A stretch of 64,000 nt of DNA from the NCBI GenBank assembly GCA_048013815.1, contig CM106586.1, positions 20,398,001 through 20,462,000 of the forward strand, given 5' to 3'. Position numbers and translations under genes: made by a program. Origin of the DNA: Setoptus koraiensis. Lineage: Eukaryota > Animalia > Arthropoda. Shown here piece by piece: positions 37,200 through 48,352 of this stretch (the stretch's first letter is position 1; each line of letters starts with the position of its first letter). The notes below the pieces were generated by a model. That model worked only from the letters and a program-made list of their open reading frames with translations. It did no database searches and had not been told where the DNA came from.

Positions 37200-39568
37200 T
37201 GTTGTAAATAAATTATCTAAGGTTGATACGATCCGATTCTCCAATAGCTGATAGATTTAAAGATTTATCCCCCAAATGAATTTAATAGTGTGAGAAAAAA
37301 TAAGAAAATATGTCAGCCAATAAAACAGTATGATCGGTTAGGTATGTTTACTTGAATCATGTGCTCTGTTATTCACCATGCGCAGAAACGTGTCCGAAGT
37401 AGGTCTCCCCTGATTGCTTCTCCCATTTCTAGGTCAATCTCGCGATATTCATTCCGTATGCTGGACAATTTGGACTTGGTAGTGGTCGGGGAGGGACGCC
37501 TCCCCTTCCACCTCCCTGTTTTTATTTTGGGAATAGGGAGCTCTCCCTCGCCGGAACCACCTATGGGGAGGTCTAAATTCCGACCTCTCGTAGATCAAAC
37601 AATTTGCACATTATACTCCTAGCTTGATAAGAAAGAACATTGGCCTATTGAGATGTATTTTTCTTAAGACGACATCGCTTTTTTCTTCGTTTTAGCTGTG
37701 CCCCGGTGAGCTCCCCGCCGGGAGGAGACCTCCCCAATCACCACAACTTTCAAAGTTGAACTTTGAGTCTGTTCAAACCTGGCGCTCTGTTTTGCGCATG
37801 AGGACTCATGAGGTATTTTTTATCCGCACGAATCTATCTTGCATTTGGTGTGACCATTTCCAGGTGACGTCTAAAATGACGCTGCCCTATTTAAAAGGCT
37901 TTCACAAATGGTTGGTTACAGCTTGCAACAACTAATCCCGCAATTGTTTTCTGTTTTGCTGCACGATATAGTAGAATTCAAATGAATTCAATTCAAAATT
38001 AAAGTGACTTGGCATTTTGATCTGCTGATTTTCCCCAAGTCAACAGTGATAGGTGTCTAGTTTCAGCATACGTTTGTCGAATATTGATCGATCCCGTATC
38101 AGTGAATCGACTAGACAGCAGTGTAGCGCTCGTTGCTTTGACAACGAATGTTGGCCTCCGCCGAAAGCCCTTAACAACTCAGTGAGTAATAATGTCGCTG
38201 TGATACACATATCACTGCCAACTCGATCCCAGGACATCTCGAGAGGCGCTGATCGAATGTCAATAGTTGTGAATCTGTCCCGTTCGCATGCGTAGCGAAC
38301 AACGAAACAAGTCTAGGCTGACAAGTGAAAGGGAAAAATCTAGTTTCAAAGCCAATGGAATTTTCTCGCCGCGTTTATAGATATGAGTAAACAATTGTAT
38401 TATAGTTTAGTCTACTATCTATCGTTAATAATACATTTATTAGTCAAGTACAACCAATGATCCGATAACAATAAATCATAGCTGCATGTTGACATAATCC
38501 ACTATTTGATACAATTTTTTAGTTGTAGAGTGCTAACAATCAGCTGATGAATGTGCGCTCGGCAAAGTTCTATCAGGCGCTTGCGTAACTCCTCTATGCA
38601 CGCATTCTATATGATACACATAATAAACAATAGTTTTTTGTTGTTGATATGTGTTGTCTGGGTACTTTTATGGAGGTCATCCGTAGGAGGGTAGCTTGAT
38701 AAATTCATTTGGTGTTGTTGTTGAGGCGCAAAAGAAAGTTAATGAGCAAAGAAGATTTTTATCTCACAGTTATATCACTTGTTGTACAAGTAGCCAAGAT
38801 GATGATCATATTGAACGAGATAGTTATCGATACAAGTAAGTCAGAACAAAACGAGAAACTTTTTCAGTCTTGTTTACAGTTTTGAGTGCTGCTATATCTG
38901 TAATCAGCAATCACTAAACAACGTGCATCAATTACGATAGACAACACAAAACGAGTGTTAAAGAACGCGATAAGATTACATAATGTTTACCATATAATTT
39001 TTAAAATTATTTGAACTCATCATCAATGGTACAGTATAGGTCGTTGTCACCATTGCACATTCGATTAGACAAGAAAAAAAAAAAGAAAAACCAACAAAAA
39101 AAGCAAAATTCAGCCGCCTCACAAAGAAGCGTTTAATTACTACTATATGTCATGTTTTCATCTGTTGTTGTAATAATGATTGTTATATAACAATGTTTGT
39201 GGCTTACAACCTAGGCTACAAGGTGCGCAATGAAACGTCACCAACAGTGGGTAATAGCTTGAATCCATCATCAATGTAAGCCCTCTGACCTTCGGTGAAC
39301 AAAAAATTATACAATATCACCAACATAAGCTTGGGCTCAACAAATGGTTACGCGATTACACTTTGAGCGTCAAACCTAGCGTCAATTGTTGGTCACTAAC
39401 CTAATAGTTGCCAACAAACTTTCACAGGAGATCCGTCTCATATCAACAAACGAATGGTATTAGTTCCTAATCCCTCAACAGCCACTCTGCGAAAAAGATA
39501 GAAACTATCTATTTATAGGAAACAAAGTTAACCTTGTCAGTGTGTATGACTTACTCAAACCAGACACC

Positions 39569-42150
39569 ATGAGCTATTGGGCAGAAACCAATTATGGGAG
39601 TTGTCAGGAAAGAACTAATTCAGTTAGTGAGGAAACTTATCGTGATTTGCCAAGAACTCAACAGATAAATAATGTTGCTGAAAGTTCATCAGTAACTGTC
39701 AGAAATAACGCCATGGATTGGAATGACGTAACAAGACGATATGGGAAGCGGCCCAGTCAAAACGAAGAAACGAACGACAAAACCCAAAGTTCATGTTGTT
39801 GTAACGTGTTTCTTACCTGGTTAACTACAATCTTTCCCATACTAATTGCTTTCAATAATTATAATCTACCCTCAGATTTAGTCACCGATTTGTTTGCCGG
39901 TTTTACAATCGCCGTTTTACATATACCTCAGGGTATGGCCTATGGCCTTTTGGCTGGAACTGATCCCATATATGGACTCTATGTGTCACTGATACCTGTG
40001 ATGATTATATCATTCTTGGGAAATTCTAGACATGTCTCCTATGGTACATTTGCCATCGTAAGCATCATGTTGTCCAACTCTATCTCGAATGTCAATCAAA
40101 TATTCGACGCCAGATTAAGAGTTACTACAAATGATTCTTCCATGAGCATTATTGTTAACACTTCGCTTCATGCACCTTTGGCTAGCATTCTAGACATTTC
40201 CGGTCAACTTGAGTCGTCGATGGAAGCCATTGTGATGAAAGATAATCACAAATCATCGGTAGCCAACAATCCTCACATTAGATTGGATCGCCAGCAGCAA
40301 GCAGGGGCGACCTCTCGGATAGGGCATGTCGGCCAAGCTGGCCCAGATGAAAAGTCAAACCTAGCATCTATTGAACTCGGAAATGAGCAATACCATCCGC
40401 CGGCAACTGTTTTAGCTAGTTTCGTCGAGAAACCAGAACCAATAGAGATTCTCACAACTATTTGTCTATTGGTTGGTGTTATACAATTGACAATGGCACT
40501 ACTGAAGTTGGGTATGTTATCATTGGTATTCTCAGACCAACTCGTCTCCAGTTTTACTACTGCCTGTGCAGTGCAAGTTTTTACGGCTCAGTTAGACGTA
40601 TTATTTGATATAAACCTGCCACCAGTTGCCAACGGTCTATTCACTACCTGCCGTATTTGGTATGCTTTCGCCGAGAATCTCATCCCGGGTAGCAACAAGT
40701 TCGTTGCTGTTATGAGTGTCTTATCTCTAACTTACTTAATTTGTATCAAAAGTCTATTGGAGCCCTGGCTGAAAAGGAGAATACATATCTCAACTTTGCC
40801 TAGTGAAATTCTACTTATGATTGTCACAACATTAGTGTCTTATTATTTCGAGTTGCACGAGAACTATGGCGTCAACATATTGGGCTCGATACCGACTGGT
40901 TTGCCCTCGTTTAAACCACCTAGAACTGACCTAATAGAATATGTTATCTCAGACAGTATAACAATTGCAGTGATATCGTTTGCTCTAAATTTGTCCATTG
41001 TACAGATCTATGCAAAAAAGTATCGCGATAAAGTCGATGCTAATCAAGAATTATTCTCAATTGGAACAGCCAACTTTGTTTCGTCTTTCTTTTGGTGCTT
41101 TCCATGTGCTGCTAGCCTGTAAGTAATCAAATATGTTTACTGAATGGGCTACTAAATAGTTACGGAATAATACAAAGTTAACCCATTCAAAAATCTCTTC
41201 AACAAACAGATCAAGGAGTTCGGTGCAAAGTAACTTGGGCGTTAGGTCACCATTGGCGACTTTGTTTGGTTGTAGTATACTAGTATGCATAATATGCTAT
41301 TGGGCCCCTATGCTTTATCATCTACCAACGTCAACACTGGCCTGCATTATTATTGTTGCATTGAGAGGTATTCTCTGTCAAGTGGGCGATCTGGTCAACA
41401 ATTGGAAATTATCCAAGATAGACAGTTTAGTGTGGATCGTAACTTTTATGTCAGTGCTAGTAACTGGAGTGACTTATGGATTAATTGTTGGCATTGTAGC
41501 AACCCTCTCCACAATTTTTTACAGGTATAGCAAAAAGCAGGATGATTTACTCTTTTCTCCATTAACCATTCGACAAATATGACCAAAAAGCTAACCCATA
41601 ATTCGTTGTTTATGCATGCTGTAGGTTGCTAACGCCGAATCATTCAATATTGGGCTGCCTGCCAGGAACAGAACTTTACCTTGAAGCTAGTTCTTTCGCG
41701 GGCTCAGTTGAGATACCCCATGTCAAGATATTCAGATTCAATTCAGCCCTTTGTTACTTAAACCGGACCATGTTCAAGACAGCGATAGAACGTTCCATAC
41801 CGCACATATTTCAGAAGAATACCAGTATTTCTTGCACACGACTGAGACGCCGGCCAGTCGCATCAAGTAGCGCAAATACAAAAAATCGCGACGAAATCAA
41901 ATTTCTCGTAATAGATTGTTCCGCCTTGTCCTATTGTGACTTTGCCGGAGCTGACCAACTCACCGATATAATAGAAGAGTTGGCTGATCACAAGATTCAT
42001 GTATATTTAGCAGCTTGCCCAATGAATATGGTCAATATGTTCGAGAAGATGAGGAAGAATTCGATTATAGCCAACAATATATATCCTTCAATCCATGACG
42101 CCGTCAATCAGAGTAGGATCTTGTGTGCATTCCGAGGCGATATGAGTTAG
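39569..42150 (+). CDS. SLC26/SulP anion transporter (prestin/pendrin-like) with STAS domain; exons 39569-41118, 41210-41524, 41625-42150 (796 aa)
   Basis: Contains DLFAGFTIAVLHIPQGMAYGLLA, GNSRHVSYGTFA, DANQEL, AASLSRSSVQ, and STAS motifs IFRFNSALCYLN and VIDCSALSYCD. Both introns are phase-2 GT-AG. Confidence 0.95.
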
Positions 42151-42331
42151 AGCGTTGAATGTTAGATGTCAAAAAGTTCATAGTTTAAAAGTAAAGTAAT
42201 CTTTGAGTATTATATAATAGATCTATCTCGTTGAAAATGTAGATGTGTTGAATCATTGTTTATGGTGTGCTGTCCGCGAAACCATTCATATAGATAGCAC
42301 TACCAATCATACTCACCATATAGTCATACAA

Positions 42332-42403
42332 TCCGGCATTGTCTAGTGGTTAGGATATCTGGCTCTCACCCAGGAGGCCCGGGTTCGATTCCCGGTGTCG
42401 GAA
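42332..42403 (+). tRNA. tRNA-Glu (anticodon CTC)
   Basis: TCCGGCA/TGTCGGA acceptor stem, GTCTAGTGGTTAGG D arm, anticodon loop CT-CTC-AC, GGTTCGATTCC T arm, and a TTTTT terminator. Confidence 0.95.
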
Positions 42404-43329
42404 GAAACTTTTTGCCTACAAACTAGCGTAGATTCATTGGATAAGGCACACTAACAGAGGGAACACACGCAGTTGTTGTTGTTGTACACAAGCACCCGTT
42501 CACTTTTGCTCAAACACGGTGTTTGTGTGTGTTTTTCTCGTGTGTGTAAAAATTACATCGCACATTTTGTTTTCGAAGAGCTGCACTGGCACTGCTTCTC
42601 TTTTTTTATTGGCAATGAGTAAGTGTGTATACCTTGTGACTGTTTCGTCGTCGTCGTTGTCGTCATGCATTGGCAGTGGCAGTGATGCAGTGAGAGCGAA
42701 AGGGAGAGTTACCATTCTTACGCCTGCTTCTATAGCGCAGTTGTTCTATGGAGTAAGTCCATAGTAAAGAGATTGTTATTCACACTGAAATCATGTTACA
42801 GGTACACAAGCACCACTCGTACAAACACAGTAAAGCTGCGAGTACAAAAGCACGCTCACATATAATAAATCGAGAGCTGCTGCTGTTGCTGCAGTTCTCT
42901 CTCTCTCTCTCTCTCTCTCTCCCCATCTCACTCATTACACATTACATATACAGAGAGAAAGAGAAAACATACCACACACACCATATATACACACACTATA
43001 GCATAGTAATGGGTATAATGATTATACCCACTCCTTCGTAACATCACATCACAACTCGCATCGCATCACATCTCGGATCGCATCACTTCGCTCCACTTCA
43101 CACCAGTCACATCTATTATTATTACCATTATTATTATTACTACTAATATTAGCATTGATTACATTATAATTACTATTATAACATGATGATCGCCACTTCA
43201 AATATTATTATTATTATTGCTATCAATATCACTATCCTTCAATGGTGATATGCGATGATGGTCGATTGTATTATCCGTCATCAACATCTATCACCATTGG
43301 TATTGTTGAATATTATTCATTATTAACGC

Positions 43330-43580
43330 ATCATTATTATTACTACTATTATTATTATTGCTATTAATTAATTAATTATCATTATTATTATCATTATTAT
43401 TATTATTGATAGTAATACTGTTATCAATAATACTAGTACCATTACTATTATTATTACTACCACTACCACCACAACCACCACCACTATTGCTATTATTATT
43501 ATTATTGATATTATTATTATTGCTATTATTATTGCTATTATTATTATTATTATTACTATTATTATTATTACTATTATTAC
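43330..43580. repeat. (ATT)n-rich microsatellite immediately upstream of the 43582 ORF
   Basis: Direct reading. Confidence 0.9.
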
Positions 43581-43581
43581 A

Positions 43582-45033
43582 ATGATGAACGATCAATCTG
43601 ACCAGGAGATCATAGACCAGGTGATTAGCTTGGAAGTTGATTACAACAGTGAGACAACGGGTATCATGGCCGGTTCATGTGGTGATGTTTTAGGTACTAC
43701 CAGTGTCGTTAACAGTAATAATCAATATACATCAACATCATCAGATGATATTTACCACCTTCTTATGGAGGACCTCGAAGTTCGTAATGTATCCTCTACT
43801 GTACCTGGACAACAAGTAGTCACAAACGACCATCAACTTCCAGAGCCGGACGAGAGGATGCGCATCGAAAATATCAGGAAGCAACTTATGAGTTGCGAAG
43901 TGCAATCCGATTCTAATATGTCACCATTGTGCTCTATGAATGTTACTCAATTACAACAGACCTGTCAGCCTCAACAGCAAACAGTCAATCAACAATCCGC
44001 TCCTCAACCACCTCAGCATACGCAGCACCAAACACATGTAGCTACATCTCCCCAAGCACCTGTTATTATTCACCACCAACATCAAATGTCAGCTGTGCCG
44101 CCTCAGATGCCTAGTGACTCTCTCATACAGGCCCCCTATTCTACAATTTCTAATGTTCCGACCGGTATACCTGTTTCCTCCGGCCAAACCTATGTTCCAC
44201 CTCAGCACGTAACTAGGATATCGCCCCAACCAAGTGGTATGGTAGTATCAAGTTCATGGCAACCCCAACAGCAGCAGCAGCAGCAACATCAGCAGCAGCA
44301 ACAGCAGCAGCAACAACAACAGCAACAACAACAACAGATGCATAACTTTCAGCAACCTATGAGACAACCCCAGCAACAGAAGCAACATGTTTTACAGCAA
44401 CACCAACAACAGCAGTCACAACAAACTATACATAAACAACAGCCACATTCTAATCATCAACAAATCACAGCCCCCGCGCAAGTATCTTTATCGCAGCAAC
44501 AGATGCATCATCAAATGCAACGGAGCCCCTTGGAGGCTCAACATACTGCATCCCCAGTGACAGAATCACAATCGCCTGTGGTAGCGAAGAACCCCATGCT
44601 TAATGCTCATCTTGCTAAAAATCCACCGACTAGATTTATGGGCAATATTTTGAATCAAAATCCTATATTAAATGAACAACTAAATATATCTCAAGTACCA
44701 TATGTGACTAGTTCAGCTAACAATCGCATTGGTTCTGTTAATTCTCAGTCAAGATTCATCCAAACGCAATCCAATCCAAATTTCCAGCCACAACAGCCTC
44801 AAAATCAACAGCAACCTCAGCAGATGAGCCTTTACGGTTTGGAGACGAATCTGATTTATAGGAATATGAACGCACCAACTTTAGTCAATATGGCAGATAG
44901 TAGCAGCAATACTGGCGGAGTTGTGAGTCCACAAACGAAAGCGGAGCTTCGGAGAAAAGTCCACCAACAGCAACCAAGAAATCAACAGACAAGCTTACTG
45001 AAGCAATTGCTATCTGATAATGATAATAAATAG
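43582..45033 (+). CDS. Q-rich 483-aa nuclear cofactor-like protein with a terminal LxxLL box (possible truncated p160/Taiman-like coactivator)
   Basis: Intact single-exon ORF. The C-terminal QTSLLKQLLSD resembles the terminal NR box of NCOA1/SRC-1a (QKSLLQQLLTE). The family assignment is tentative. Confidence 0.7.
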   Translation: MMNDQSDQEIIDQVISLEVDYNSETTGIMAGSCGDVLGTTSVVNSNNQYTSTSSDDIYHLLMEDLEVRNVSSTVPGQQVVTNDHQLPEPDERMRIENIRKQLMSCEVQSDSNMSPLCSMNVTQLQQTCQPQQQTVNQQSAPQPPQHTQHQTHVATSPQAPVIIHHQHQMSAVPPQMPSDSLIQAPYSTISNVPTGIPVSSGQTYVPPQHVTRISPQPSGMVVSSSWQPQQQQQQQHQQQQQQQQQQQQQQQQMHNFQQPMRQPQQQKQHVLQQHQQQQSQQTIHKQQPHSNHQQITAPAQVSLSQQQMHHQMQRSPLEAQHTASPVTESQSPVVAKNPMLNAHLAKNPPTRFMGNILNQNPILNEQLNISQVPYVTSSANNRIGSVNSQSRFIQTQSNPNFQPQQPQNQQQPQQMSLYGLETNLIYRNMNAPTLVNMADSSSNTGGVVSPQTKAELRRKVHQQQPRNQQTSLLKQLLSDNDNK

Positions 45034-45657
45034 AAGATTTATATGACAAATTTGTGAACCATTTAAATTTCTGTCATTTGTTTCATAGATAGATTTTTAA
45101 GCTAAAAATTACATGCCAATTTTATTTGAAGTTCTATTTGGTATTGATACACTCGTTCTTACAAACATACGTCATCACTGAATAGATCGCGCTTGAGTTT
45201 GGACCCAAGCGCTTATTCGGGTGAGGGGCCAGTCTCGTACTTGCGCAATAGAATGTTGACCATGCCTCCATTGGTGAAACGAATGTTTGTGCATGAATTT
45301 TATGTACATAGTATGAATGTAGGTTGAGTGTACGTTCTTCATTCGGCCTGTGGGGGCATCTTGATTTAGGGTTCGGACGTTTTCGTAAATATTATAACGG
45401 TTGATAGTGAGGATGATAAGTATGTGCTAAACATATGAAATTATTGTTTATTAGTCAATGAATTAATAATTCATTACAGTGAATGATTGCTAAGAGCAGT
45501 TTGTTATAAATGGTGACATAGCCAAAATTCAATTCATTTCTTTTTGATGATTGCATGCGATTTTGCGAATCGATTACCCGTAGATATTTTAGTTTTCTTG
45601 TCAATTGCTTATAATTTTTTTTTCACTTCAGTCATTTACCTATAAAGGCATTGTTGA

Positions 45658-47772
45658 TTAGCGGTGACATATGTGCACCCTGTTATTACCGAAATCTACT
45701 ATCACAATATAGTTATCTATCGCAGCTATTCCCGCTGGTCGATCTAAATCGACTACATTTTGACTGATATAAGTGAAAGTCTGTGTTTCTTCATTCCAAC
45801 ATGTTATACGATTATTGCGTGAATCTGCGCAGAAGACTGTTGATCCACTATATGCCATTCCCTGAGGTCTAAGGAATTCGCCCCATGATGAGCCTTCCCC
45901 AAAACCTATATGGATAGATTCGAACTGAGTCGCACCTTCGTTACTTCCTATTGCAGACGGTGTGGATAACTTGTCGTTGCTGGTGGAGATCAATAGTAAG
46001 CGATGCTTGTTAAAGTCTGACACAATAAGTGTTGTTGGTGACAAATAAACAACACCTCTAGGGGAGTCTAATGGCTGGTGAAAATGAGCCAAGTAACTGC
46101 CCACGCTGTTAAATATCTGGATTCTTCTGTTGCGAGTATCGCTAACTGCGATATTGTGCGATGACTTACAAACATCTATATCCCACGGATAACAGAATTG
46201 GCCACACTTACTACCACGTTCGCCGAACTTAAACAAGAAGGTGCCAGACATGTCGAATACTTGAATGCGGTGATTATCTTTGTCAGCAACGATTATATGC
46301 TCTAATTTTGTGTTGAATACTATACCGGCTGGCCTATCAAACTGGCCTTGTCTAGTGCCTGGACCCGAACCAAACACGTGAAGGAGTTTGACAGAGCCTT
46401 TTAAAGAGTCAAATTTGAACAACTGAATTCGATTATTGCTTCGATCAGCTAATCCTATGAGGTAGTTGATTTCATTTTGAGACGGTTGAGGTAGCTTTTG
46501 CAAATTGTCTAAATGCTTTCGATAATTTGAATCAATGTTCAACTTAATATTGGAATGAATTTGCGACTGATGAAGTTGTTGTCCTGAGGAATGTGAGGAT
46601 GAGCTTGCGGCTGGCGATGACGCCATTGAGTTGCTAGTTTCGAACGACTTGCACTGAGTTGTTGTTGCAGTAGAATTATTACCCGTGGAATTGTTACTTG
46701 TAGAATTATTACCCGTAGAATTGTTACCCGTAAAATTTGCGGTAGTGTGACCCATTAGTGGGTTCCAATACATGTCGTTATCTGCGACGTTAGGATGATT
46801 ATGGCTGGATGAAGATGCATTGAGAATACTGTTGCCAGTATTAGTAGTAGTCCCATTCTGTAGATGCGGACTGACGTTGTTATTATGATGCAATTGCTGA
46901 GCATGATTAAAATTGTGGGAGCCTACAACAGTATTTAAATCAAAAAGACCCAATTGGGTGGCTATCGATGCTGGGATAATATATTGCTGTTCCTGTGAAC
47001 TAGATATGTTGTTGTGTGCATCTGAGTATCTGGCAATTGCTACTCCCCACGGACGGCAAAAGGCGCCTGGTTGACTGCCCTCAGTTCCAAAAGTTAGAAG
47101 ACGATGCCAATTTTGCATCTTTTCTGGATTTTGAATCTGAATTCTAAAAGGGGATCCATTCATAGGAAGTCCATTTATATCAATCGACATTAATAAGTGA
47201 CTATCAGGGTCAACATTGTGAGGTAGACAGTAATTGATAGTATATTTTCCATTTGTGTGATCGATCACATAATGTGGTATGCTTGTTCTTTGATTACCCG
47301 TATATGATATTATTTCTATAGTTATGGTTTCACCTCCAAGCGGAATCTCTTCATTAAAACAATCTCTGGTGGCTATTGTGAATGAGGTACTAACATTAGG
47401 TATAGCGTATTCAAGTCCATCACCTGTTGCAGTGCAGAATGGTGCGAATGATGGCATAAGTAAGACGCCCATGGTGCTGAGGGCTTTCTCCAAAGCTGTG
47501 TCAGGAGGTTGAAACTGTATTTTGGACATGGTCAATTCCAGAAAATTTGCCTTCTTATTCATGAGACCTTTACTGTCCAGGCTAGAAGTAAATTGATCCT
47601 GTTTATTGGCTCGAGTGTATGTGACCATGGCATGCTCCAATTGCTTTAGCAATTGCTCTCTCCTAGCTATCAAGCTCTCAATATGGGATTGAACGGTGGA
47701 TTGGATTTCTGCTGCTACTTGGCGCATTCGAGATTCAATGACAAAATAGGATGATGGTGTTGAGGCTGCCAT
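45658..47772 (-). CDS. lin-41: LIN-41/TRIM71 (Wech-like) RNA-binding protein: coiled coil, filamin domain, six NHL repeats; no RING or B-box in the ORF
   Basis: Has the TRIM71-type NHL signatures CRPWG, DRSNNRIQ, FDRPAG, DKDNHRIQ, YPWD, DTRNRRIQ, DSPRG, DFNKHR, LRPQG, DSRNNR, DRPAG and DFGNNR, preceded by a filamin-type Ig domain. Confidence 0.9.
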   Translation of the reverse strand: MAASTPSSYFVIESRMRQVAAEIQSTVQSHIESLIARREQLLKQLEHAMVTYTRANKQDQFTSSLDSKGLMNKKANFLELTMSKIQFQPPDTALEKALSTMGVLLMPSFAPFCTATGDGLEYAIPNVSTSFTIATRDCFNEEIPLGGETITIEIISYTGNQRTSIPHYVIDHTNGKYTINYCLPHNVDPDSHLLMSIDINGLPMNGSPFRIQIQNPEKMQNWHRLLTFGTEGSQPGAFCRPWGVAIARYSDAHNNISSSQEQQYIIPASIATQLGLFDLNTVVGSHNFNHAQQLHHNNNVSPHLQNGTTTNTGNSILNASSSSHNHPNVADNDMYWNPLMGHTTANFTGNNSTGNNSTSNNSTGNNSTATTTQCKSFETSNSMASSPAASSSSHSSGQQLHQSQIHSNIKLNIDSNYRKHLDNLQKLPQPSQNEINYLIGLADRSNNRIQLFKFDSLKGSVKLLHVFGSGPGTRQGQFDRPAGIVFNTKLEHIIVADKDNHRIQVFDMSGTFLFKFGERGSKCGQFCYPWDIDVCKSSHNIAVSDTRNRRIQIFNSVGSYLAHFHQPLDSPRGVVYLSPTTLIVSDFNKHRLLLISTSNDKLSTPSAIGSNEGATQFESIHIGFGEGSSWGEFLRPQGMAYSGSTVFCADSRNNRITCWNEETQTFTYISQNVVDLDRPAGIAAIDNYIVIVDFGNNRVHICHR

Positions 47773-48315
47773 AATTAATTATTATACCTACAATATATGA
47801 TGTTAAATATGATGTGTTAATAATGACTGAGATCGTTGCCGTGGAGGACTGTGTGTTAATATTTGATGAATATAAATGAGGTAATATCAAACATCGTCAC
47901 TAGTTTAAATAGCCGATAAAATCGGTTTGTTGAATCATATACTCTATGATGGTAAAATGTTTATACTACGAGTACAAAGAGACAGACATACAGACCTAAC
48001 ACAAACACGCAGTTCACAAAAATCACATATAGACTGATGAGACCAAGTCACTCGTTTTATACTGATTATTCTACCAATGGCTTTTACAGTGCATCTTGTT
48101 AAATGTTCAGCGAATAGTACGCGGGCACAGTTTGTCCTCAAGCACATTTCTCAATGAGGCAACTGAATGAAATGCTTGCACACGCAATACACACACATAT
48201 GCTGGCCTTTAACAGCACGCCAACAACTGAAGGATGTTTTGTATTTGTGCGCTGCACAGCGAGTGTTTTCCTAGCCTGAATGGTTGATCTTAGCATTCTG
48301 TAAGGCTTATGTTGT

Positions 48316-48352
<37 letters not shown>

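Noticed and set aside
37690-37740. HDV-like ribozyme (GTC-TCCTCCC-GGC core on the minus strand)
   Set aside because: I found no matching 5' P1 strand upstream and no P1.1 GG in the right place.
37400-37740. RNase P/MRP RNA
   Set aside because: GGGGAGGTCT only loosely resembles CR-I, the other conserved regions were not found, and internal T-runs are present. Only an Infernal scan could revive it.
38686-38917. Possible spliced exons upstream of SLC26
   Set aside because: The model needs a 44-nt intron and gives no recognisable product. It may be UTR.
43372-43596. Poly-Asn ORF on the minus strand
   Set aside because: It is a translation of the ATT microsatellite.
45189-45212. 7-bp hairpin in the shared 3' region of lin-41 and the LxxLL gene
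   Set aside because: It is short enough to occur by chance and lacks SECIS or other known signatures.
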